The notes below the pieces were generated by a model that was not told the DNA's origin, searched no databases, and was given only the letters and a program-made list of their open reading frames with translations. DNA of 64,000 bases from Ferruginibacter sp. (GTDB lineage: Bacteria > Bacteroidota > Bacteroidia > Chitinophagales > Chitinophagaceae), in assembly GCA_025362235.1 (NCBI GenBank), contig JANYGZ010000095.1:733-64732 (forward strand), read 5' to 3'. Position numbers and translations under genes: made by a program. Position 1 is the stretch's first letter, and each line of letters begins with the position of its first letter. Shown piece after piece: positions 56,669 through 64,000 of this stretch.

Positions 56669-59600
56669 ATGCGTTTAGTAGGTGGCTTTTTATTTGTTTG
56701 TATATTTTTATTTGCATCCTGTAAAAAAAAGGAACCACTATTTCAAATTGTAGATTCTGCTGATTCCGGGATAGATTTTAACAACAAGATTGTTGAATCA
56801 GATTCGCTGAATATTCTTGATGTATCTAATATTTATAACGGAGGCGGTGTAGGTATTGGTGATTTCAACAAAGATGGACTTGAAGATGTTTACTTTACAG
56901 GCAACAAAGTATCCAACAAACTATATTTAAACAAGGGTAATTTTAAGTTTCAGGATATTACAAAAGAAGCGGGAGTTACTGGAAATGGTAAGTGGTGCAG
57001 GGGTGTTTCGGTAATCGATATCAATAACGACGGATGGTTAGATATGTATGTGTGTGTTACGCTTAATACTGATAGCAACCAAAGAAGAAATTTATTATAC
57101 ATTAACCAGGGTGTTGATAAAAATGGCATTCCGCAATTTAAAGAAATGGCTGCTGAATACGGATTGGCGGATACTTCTTATTCTACGATGGCCTCTTTTT
57201 TCGATTATGATAATGATGGCGACCTCGACATGTATCTTGTAGTAAATGAAATTTCTGATCCCCGTACACCCAATATTTTTCACCCCATTAATAAAGATAG
57301 TTCGTACCGCAATGCCGGCCGTTTGTATCGTAATGACTGGAACAGCACTCTTAAACATGGAGTCTTTACTGATGTGTCAAAAAAAGCTGGTATTTCAGCA
57401 GATGGATACGGACACAGTGCAACTATAACCGATATTAATAGAGATGGGTGGAAGGATATTTATGTAACCAACGACTATTTACCCAACGACCTTCTTTGGA
57501 TCAATAATCATGATGGAACTTTTACTGAACACTTGTCTGATTATTTTAAGCATACTTCCTTTAACGCAATGGGCAACGATATTGGGGATATTAATAATGA
57601 CGGTCTAATGGATGTGGTTACATTGGATATGAATCCAAGAGATAATTATCGCAAAAAGGAGATGATGAAAGCAAATAGCTATCAGACTTATCAAAACAGC
57701 GATCAGTTTGGTTATAATTATCAATATGTGCGCAACACATTGCAGCTAAACCAGGGCCCCAGGATGAAACAAAATGATTCTATTGGAGCGCCCATTTTTA
57801 GTGAAATAGCTTTTTATTCAGGTATGGCAGAAACCGACTGGAGCTGGACACCGTTATTGGCTGATTTTGATAATGATGGTAATCGTGATTTGATTGTTAC
57901 TAATGGATTTCCAAGAGATGTTACAGATAATGAATTTATTATGTTTAGAAATACGGCATATGCGGTTGCTTCCAAAAGTCAACTACTGGCACAAATCCCT
58001 GAGGTAAAAATTCACAATTATGCTTTTAAAAACAACGCCAATTTAACCTTTAGTGATGTATCAGAAAATTGGGGGATTACTATGCCTACTTTTTCCAATG
58101 GCGCCGCTTATGTCGATTTGGATAATGATGGCGACCTTGATTTTATAGTAAATAATATTAATGATAAAGCCTCTGTTTATCGCAACAATGAAAGAGATCA
58201 AAACAAGGACAGCAGCCATTACCTACAGATAAAACTAACCGGCGACAGCCTTAATAAAGCAGGAATTGGGGCATGGGTTGAACTACACTATGATCATGGC
58301 AAACAACAGGTTTGGGAAAACACACCTTATAAGGGATATCTTTCTACTGTGCAGGATATTGGGCATTTTGGTTTGAACAATATAAAGATTATAGATTCTA
58401 TTATTGTAAAATGGCCAAATGGCAAAGCACAATTACTACAACATGTTAATGCCGACCAATTATTACAGGTAAATATTTCAGCAGCAGTACAAGATACCCC
58501 GGGTAACAAAGAAGTATTTGCAATGCATACTTTATTTAAAGAAGTCACTGATTCGGTGGGTATCCATTATATGCACCAGCAATATGATTTCGTCGATTTC
58601 AATATTCAAAAACTCCTGCCACATAAACTCTCCGAATATGGCCCTGCCATGGCTATAGGTGATATAGATGGTAACGGGCTGGATGATATTATCACCGGTG
58701 GCGCAGCTGGCTACAGTGCACAGTTATTTTTGCAGCAGGCCGGTGGTAATCAGTTTATTCAAAAATCCTTATTACCAGCAACTATAGGCAAACACGGCGA
58801 TGATATGGGGCTGTTACTTTTTGATGCAGATGGTGATGGCGATCAGGATTTGTATATTGCCGGAGGTGGCTACGGCAACCAGCCTGGTTCACAAAACTAC
58901 CAGGACAAATTTTATGTAAACGATGGCAAAGGAAACTATTCATTAGATTCATTAGCATTGCCGAATAATCTTACCAGTAAGTTTTGTGTAAGGGCAATTG
59001 ATTATGATAAAGATGGCGATCTCGACCTGTTTATAGCAGGCAGGGTAGATCCATGGAGCTACCCCAAACCAGTTTCAAGTTTTATTTACAGAAACGACTC
59101 TAAAGATGGCCATATTAAATTTACAGATGTAACCAATGAGGTGGCAAAAGATTTAAAAAATATAGGATTGGTGTGTGATGCACTGTTTACAGATTTCGAC
59201 AATGATGGCTGGCCCGATCTTGTATTGGCAGGAGAATGGATGCCGGTAACTTTTTTAAAAAATGATAAAGGCATATTTAAGAATATTACTACCACTACAG
59301 GTATCAGTAACCAATTGGGTTGGTGGAACACGATTGTAGCCGGAGATTTTGACAATGATGGTGATATAGATTACGTAGTGGGTAACGCCGGGCAGAACAC
59401 GTTCTACAAAGCCTCTGATCAATATCCTATATCCATTTATGCAAAAGATTTTGACAACAATGGAAGTTATGATGCATTCCCTACTTTATGGCTACCTACG
59501 AGCCAGATCGATCAAACAAAGAAAGAATACCCTGCGCAGACAAGAGACGATATTGTAAAGCAAATGATAGGCATGCGAACTAAGTTTCAAAATTATAAAT

Positions 59601-60244
59601 CATATTCCACTGCCACCATTGACCAGCTCTTTACCCAAGATCAATTATTTGGGGCCTTAAAACTTAAAGCAAATAATTTACAAAGTAGCTACTTACGAAA
59701 CGACGGACAGGGAAAATTTACAATGACGCCACTGCCGGCAGAGGCTCAGATATCCGTTTTAAACGGCATGGTTGCAGATGATTTTGATGGAGATGGTAAT
59801 CTTGATATACTGATAAATGGTAACGATTATGGTACCGAAGTAAGCGTAGGACGGTATGATGCATTAAATGGTTTAATGCTGAAAGGAAAGGGGGATGGCA
59901 GTTTTGAAGCACAAACTATTTTGCAAAGTGGTATTTATATACCGGGCAATGGAAAGGCACTTGCAAAATTAAGAAGCAGTAATGGCCAGTACCTGGTAGC
60001 TGCCACACAAAACCGGGGAGCAATGAAAATATATACATTAAAAGCCACTAATAAATTATATGCCTTGCAGCCCGATGATTTTTTTGCTGAAATAAAATTA
60101 AAGAATGGTAAAACGCAACGGCAGGAATTTTATTACGGATCATCTTTTCTATCGCAGTCAGCAAGGTTTTTAAACATCAACAATAACATAGCATCGGTTA
60201 CCATTTTTACTATAAAAGGAGCTTCACGAAAAATTGATTTTTAA
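56669..60244 (+). CDS. VCBS/FG-GAP repeat lipoprotein with ASPIC/UnbV domain (CRTAC1-like)
   Basis: Many DxDxDGxxD repeats, WPNG motif, lipobox FASC; start reset to MRLV. Confidence 0.88.
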   Translation: MRLVGGFLFVCIFLFASCKKKEPLFQIVDSADSGIDFNNKIVESDSLNILDVSNIYNGGGVGIGDFNKDGLEDVYFTGNKVSNKLYLNKGNFKFQDITKEAGVTGNGKWCRGVSVIDINNDGWLDMYVCVTLNTDSNQRRNLLYINQGVDKNGIPQFKEMAAEYGLADTSYSTMASFFDYDNDGDLDMYLVVNEISDPRTPNIFHPINKDSSYRNAGRLYRNDWNSTLKHGVFTDVSKKAGISADGYGHSATITDINRDGWKDIYVTNDYLPNDLLWINNHDGTFTEHLSDYFKHTSFNAMGNDIGDINNDGLMDVVTLDMNPRDNYRKKEMMKANSYQTYQNSDQFGYNYQYVRNTLQLNQGPRMKQNDSIGAPIFSEIAFYSGMAETDWSWTPLLADFDNDGNRDLIVTNGFPRDVTDNEFIMFRNTAYAVASKSQLLAQIPEVKIHNYAFKNNANLTFSDVSENWGITMPTFSNGAAYVDLDNDGDLDFIVNNINDKASVYRNNERDQNKDSSHYLQIKLTGDSLNKAGIGAWVELHYDHGKQQVWENTPYKGYLSTVQDIGHFGLNNIKIIDSIIVKWPNGKAQLLQHVNADQLLQVNISAAVQDTPGNKEVFAMHTLFKEVTDSVGIHYMHQQYDFVDFNIQKLLPHKLSEYGPAMAIGDIDGNGLDDIITGGAAGYSAQLFLQQAGGNQFIQKSLLPATIGKHGDDMGLLLFDADGDGDQDLYIAGGGYGNQPGSQNYQDKFYVNDGKGNYSLDSLALPNNLTSKFCVRAIDYDKDGDLDLFIAGRVDPWSYPKPVSSFIYRNDSKDGHIKFTDVTNEVAKDLKNIGLVCDALFTDFDNDGWPDLVLAGEWMPVTFLKNDKGIFKNITTTTGISNQLGWWNTIVAGDFDNDGDIDYVVGNAGQNTFYKASDQYPISIYAKDFDNNGSYDAFPTLWLPTSQIDQTKKEYPAQTRDDIVKQMIGMRTKFQNYKSYSTATIDQLFTQDQLFGALKLKANNLQSSYLRNDGQGKFTMTPLPAEAQISVLNGMVADDFDGDGNLDILINGNDYGTEVSVGRYDALNGLMLKGKGDGSFEAQTILQSGIYIPGNGKALAKLRSSNGQYLVAATQNRGAMKIYTLKATNKLYALQPDDFFAEIKLKNGKTQRQEFYYGSSFLSQSARFLNINNNIASVTIFTIKGASRKIDF

Positions 60245-60336
60245 GCATGTAGAAAATAATCTCATCGATTATAGCCTAAAAAATATTTGAAAAATAAAAA
60301 TGACTATTAACGTATTTTTTTAAATTGAAGCCATTC

Positions 60337-61659
60337 ATGAAAGATTTATTGAAAACAGCCCTTTTTTTATTTGCAGGTTTTATTTTATTAAATGGTTGTC
60401 AGCAAAAAAAATTACCAAAATTAAATGATGCTGAAATATTGCATCAGAACCAGGACTTACTTACCCAGATTATTATTTATGACGTATTTACTCCTCCTGT
60501 TGCGTCAAGGATTTATGTGTATTCTTCTTTGGCATCTTATGAGGCCATAAGGTTTAGCAAGGAAGGAACTGCTTCTATTGCAGAGAAGCTAAATGCGTTT
60601 GGAAAAATGCCCCAGCCGGAAAAAAATAAAAAATATGATTTTACCCTTGCTGCCACTAAAGCTTTTTTTACGGTAGTCAGAAATGTAAAAGTTTTTTCAG
60701 TTGATTCCTTAAACAGTTATGAAGAATCTGTATATACAAATTTTAAAGAGTATCTGGACGACTCAACCTATCAGCGTTCTGTTGCTTTTGGGGATACCAT
60801 TGGCAAGACAATTTTAGCAAGGGCTAAAACTGACGGCTATTTAAAATCGAGGGGAAAACCTAAATATCTTGGCAGCAATGATGCGGGAAAATGGAGGCCA
60901 ACACCGCCTGATTACTCAGATGGTATAGAATGGTGCTGGAATACCATGAAACCAATGACACTCGATTCAGCTTCTCAATTTACGCCACCACCACCACCAC
61001 AATTTAGTAAAGATGCAAACAGTGCATTTTACAAAAACACAATGGAGGTTTATACCATTGCAAAAAATTTAACAGAAGAGCAAAAGACAATTGCCCGCTA
61101 CTGGGATGACAATCCTTTTGTAATTGAACATGCAGGCCATATGATGTTTGGCAATAAAAAAATTACCCCAGGCGGGCATTGGATGGGCATTGCAGCAATT
61201 GCAGCGAGAAAAACAAATGCAGGTGTTGTAAAAATTGCACAGGGTTATACAATGACTTCAATAGCTTTATATGATGCGTTTATTGCGTGCTGGGATGAAA
61301 AATACAGGTCTGCCGTTATAAGGCCGGTTACTGTTATAGATGACTGGATGGACAAAACCTGGTTACCTTTTTTACAAACACCGCCATTTCCGGAATATAC
61401 CAGTGGCCATAGTACTATTACCGCTTCCGCTTCTTCTGTATTAGCTTATCTGTATGGTGATAATTTTTCTTTTCAGGATACCAGCGATCTTAGGTATATC
61501 GGTATGCAACGCCATTTTAATTCTTTCCAGGAAGCTGCAGCTGAAGCATCTATCAGCCGCGTTTACGGAGGTATCCATTACCGCTCAGGTGTGGAGGCGG
61601 GTGCTGCACAAGGCAAAAAAGTAGGAGCATTTATTATTGAAAAAATATTGAAAAAATAA
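60337..61659 (+). CDS. Vanadium-dependent haloperoxidase / PAP2-superfamily lipoprotein
   Basis: KYRSAVIRP, PEYTSGH, SRVYGGIH; lipobox LNGC. Confidence 0.88.
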   Translation: MKDLLKTALFLFAGFILLNGCQQKKLPKLNDAEILHQNQDLLTQIIIYDVFTPPVASRIYVYSSLASYEAIRFSKEGTASIAEKLNAFGKMPQPEKNKKYDFTLAATKAFFTVVRNVKVFSVDSLNSYEESVYTNFKEYLDDSTYQRSVAFGDTIGKTILARAKTDGYLKSRGKPKYLGSNDAGKWRPTPPDYSDGIEWCWNTMKPMTLDSASQFTPPPPPQFSKDANSAFYKNTMEVYTIAKNLTEEQKTIARYWDDNPFVIEHAGHMMFGNKKITPGGHWMGIAAIAARKTNAGVVKIAQGYTMTSIALYDAFIACWDEKYRSAVIRPVTVIDDWMDKTWLPFLQTPPFPEYTSGHSTITASASSVLAYLYGDNFSFQDTSDLRYIGMQRHFNSFQEAAAEASISRVYGGIHYRSGVEAGAAQGKKVGAFIIEKILKK

Positions 61660-61957
61660 ATCTGAAACCGACAAAATTTGTTGTCGTAAAATATATGGAA
61701 CAATTTGTTGTTAAAAAACATATGAAGCAATAATTTATTTTTTTGAAACCTATCTATTCTTTGATATATAAAATACTTATAATTGATAATTACTGGGAAT
61801 ACACAGTGTGTTATTAAATATTTTTCATTTAGCCAGTTTTTGTAAGGTACTTTGTAAAGCACAAATATCCTTCCTGATGGGTTTTTAATAACTCTATCAT
61901 TAAAAAAAATCATAATTTTGTGATTGTTTACCTATGCACCAACAATTTATTAATTAA

Positions 61958-62728
61958 ATGAAGGGCAATTTTATAAAAATTACTATTATTTTTTTGTTTG
62001 CTTTTACAGCGATCAATAATTCAATTGCCCAGGTTAATTTTATTAATTTACAAACAGCTTCAGGAAATTCATCTGATGTATACAGTGCTGTAGAAGACAG
62101 TTTAAAAAAACAGTTTGAAGAAAAAAAACTGCAATGGCCACCCAATGACCTCTATATACGCAGTTTTAAATACGACCGCCTGTTGGAAGTTTGGGTAAAA
62201 ACCGACGACAAGGAAACATTTAAGTTATTTAAAACTTACAAAGTATGTATGCAGAGCGGTTCAATGGGTCCCAAACGTTTTGAAGGTGATTACCAGGTTC
62301 CCGAAGGCTTCTATTATATCAATGAATTTAAAACAAATACCAATTATCATTTGGCACTTGGTTTAAATTATCCAAATGCATCGGATAAAATATTAAGCGA
62401 TTCATTGCACCCAGGTAACAATATCTATATACATGGCGATTGTGTTTCTACAGGTTGTATCGCCATCAGTGATGCACCAATTGAAGAATTATACGTATTG
62501 ACAAGCCAGGCCAAATTAAATGGACAGGATTTTATTCCGGTGCATTTATTTCCTGTAAAATATAGTATTAGAAGATCTTTAGATTACCTGGCAAGAACCA
62601 CCAAAGGAAATCAATCGCTGCAAAAATTTGCTATTTCCTTAAAAGACGCCTACGATTATTTTGAAGTAAATAAGAAGCTGCCTGTAATAACCATTAATAA
62701 AAATGGCCAGTATATTATTGACAGATGA
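61958..62728 (+). CDS. L,D-transpeptidase-family protein (YafK/DpaA-like)
   Basis: GPKRFEGDYQVPEGFY, LNYPN, IYIHGDCVSTGCIA. Confidence 0.88.
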   Translation: MKGNFIKITIIFLFAFTAINNSIAQVNFINLQTASGNSSDVYSAVEDSLKKQFEEKKLQWPPNDLYIRSFKYDRLLEVWVKTDDKETFKLFKTYKVCMQSGSMGPKRFEGDYQVPEGFYYINEFKTNTNYHLALGLNYPNASDKILSDSLHPGNNIYIHGDCVSTGCIAISDAPIEELYVLTSQAKLNGQDFIPVHLFPVKYSIRRSLDYLARTTKGNQSLQKFAISLKDAYDYFEVNKKLPVITINKNGQYIIDR

Positions 62729-62794
62729 TATTTTTACTCTTTTGATATCAAATTATTCATTCCTGCTTCTCCAGATTTTGCCGAATTAAAAAGC

Positions 62795-64000
62795 TCAATT
62801 AGTTTTCATTAATACCTGTATAGTCTCTTGTGTTTTTTGACTTAACAATTCAATTTTTCCTGCTTTTAATTTTTCAACAATTGCTTCATTATAATGTCTT
62901 ACTGTAAGCAATACAACATCTTTTTCTACCTGCACATCAAATAACTGGCTTGCAGCCAATGCCAGCTTTTCTATCTTATCCGGCTTATCATCCATGCAGC
63001 AATACAAACTGATAGCACCATTCTGTGAAAGATTAGGCCTTATTTTTATATCTACAAACAACTGGTGCAATTTATTTACAAGGGTGTCTTCTACAAAAGA
63101 AAAATCTTTTGAATTTAACTGCATCAGCACCTGGTTATTTTTTAAAACAATAATAGGCGGCAGGTTATGAACAGGGGTATCGCTAACGATAGTGCCTGGT
63201 AAAGCTGGTTTTAAAAAACACCGTACATGTAATGGAATGCCTTTGTTTTGTAATGGTTTAATAGTTTTTGGATGAATAACCTGTGCCCCATAATAAGCCA
63301 TCTCAATTACTTCAGTATAGCTTAATGCCGCAATAAATTGTGCATCCGGAAATAATTTTGGGTCAGCATTCATCACTCCTTCCACATCTTTCCAAATGGT
63401 TTGATTTTCTGCATTCAGCATATTGGCAAAAATAGCAGCAGTGTAATCGCTGCCTTCCCTGCCCAATGTAGTGCTTTCATTTTCATCAGTGGCGCCAATA
63501 AAGCCTTGCGTTAAAATAATATTGGTTGTTGTAAAAAGCGGTACAATATTTTCCTCAATTTTTTGCTGGGTAAAATTCCAGTCTAAAGTGGCATCCCTAA
63601 AATTATCATCTGTTCTAAAATTATCCCTTACATCTACCCAAGTATTTTTTACAGTAATAGTATTTAAATAATTACTTACAATAGCGGTGCTTAGTAATTC
63701 GCCGCAACATACAATCTGGTCGTAGTAGTAGTCATAATCCCTTACCGGTTTATCATGCAATAACCATTCTACTTCTGTAAACAAATCGTTTAATATTGTT
63801 AGTGGCTGGGGGTTAAGCTGAAATAAAATATTCACATGATCTTCTTTAATTTGTTGAAACAATTGTAATGCTTCTTCTTTATTGCCGGCATAAAATGCTT
63901 CAGCTACTTTTTCAAGTGCATTGGTGGTTTTACCCATTGCCGATATAATAATCAATAGTTTTTCCCCGGTAAATGATTGTATAATTTTTGCAACGTTCTG
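62795..64000 (-). CDS. lysC: Aspartate kinase (5' end beyond window)
   Basis: SAMGKTTN, GELLST, TLGREGSDYTA, WKDVEGVMNADP; frame open to 64000. Confidence 0.93.
   Translation of the reverse strand, partial: QNVAKIIQSFTGEKLLIIISAMGKTTNALEKVAEAFYAGNKEEALQLFQQIKEDHVNILFQLNPQPLTILNDLFTEVEWLLHDKPVRDYDYYYDQIVCCGELLSTAIVSNYLNTITVKNTWVDVRDNFRTDDNFRDATLDWNFTQQKIEENIVPLFTTTNIILTQGFIGATDENESTTLGREGSDYTAAIFANMLNAENQTIWKDVEGVMNADPKLFPDAQFIAALSYTEVIEMAYYGAQVIHPKTIKPLQNKGIPLHVRCFLKPALPGTIVSDTPVHNLPPIIVLKNNQVLMQLNSKDFSFVEDTLVNKLHQLFVDIKIRPNLSQNGAISLYCCMDDKPDKIEKLALAASQLFDVQVEKDVVLLTVRHYNEAIVEKLKAGKIELLSQKTQETIQVLMKTN

Noticed and set aside
56669-60244. Recurrent GAYAAYGAYGG-like DNA motifs
   Set aside because: Explained by protein-level FG-GAP/VCBS DxDxDG repeats.
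60984-61000. (CCA)n run
   Set aside because: Encodes a short poly-Pro linker (PPPPP) in the haloperoxidase; no sign of phase variation.
61578-61913. 111-aa minus-strand ORF after the haloperoxidase
   Set aside because: Low-complexity F/I/N/K composition from AT-rich spacer, overlaps the VHPO end, no motif.
1516-63671. Many antisense or overlapping ORFs in the track (e.g. 2443-2739, 12850-13224, 20025-20438, 46232-46738)
   Set aside because: They shadow well-supported genes and show no recognisable motifs.
1-64000. CRISPR array, TIGR-like array, rRNA, tRNA, IS transposase or prophage
   Set aside because: No regular repeat-spacer array, cas gene, transposase, phage gene or structural RNA signature seen by eye.

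Overview
AT-rich chromosomal window from a Bacteroidota genome, probably Chitinophagaceae (inferred from protein sequences, TAnnTT(T/C)G -7 promoters and SusC/SusD). It holds the S10-spc ribosomal cluster (rplW to secY-map), rpsA, rpmB-rpmG-DUF4295(bL38-like)-ftsY, guaA, purE/purK, rimO, bshC, hppD, an RND efflux trio, a partial Lhr/PdeM DNA-repair cluster, a hicAB toxin-antitoxin pair, a RoxA-like di-haem protein and a CAZyme-free SusC-SusD-VCBS/ASPIC-vanadium-haloperoxidase module. I found no tRNA, rRNA, CRISPR array, IS transposase or prophage. The most unusual feature is a small GIY-YIG nuclease with apparently intact catalytic residues. It is flanked by inverted copies of a ~20-bp hairpin repeat (CTGAGCGNAGYCGAAG) and fused in frame to the N-terminus of full-length PurK. 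Deleting 49379-49820, which is bounded by a GCAG direct repeat, restores a normal purK start (MQPKAGILGGGQ). A solo copy of this repeat and several other empty hairpin-repeat families (CCCC-TRAA-GGGG dyads, 7/8-mer inverted scaffolds, a 137-bp element with perfect 27-bp TIRs, a perfect 32-bp palindrome) sit at gene boundaries, often directly after stop codons. I infer a REP/RAYT-like ecosystem driven by small nucleases. All family assignments come from motif recognition; no database search was run.
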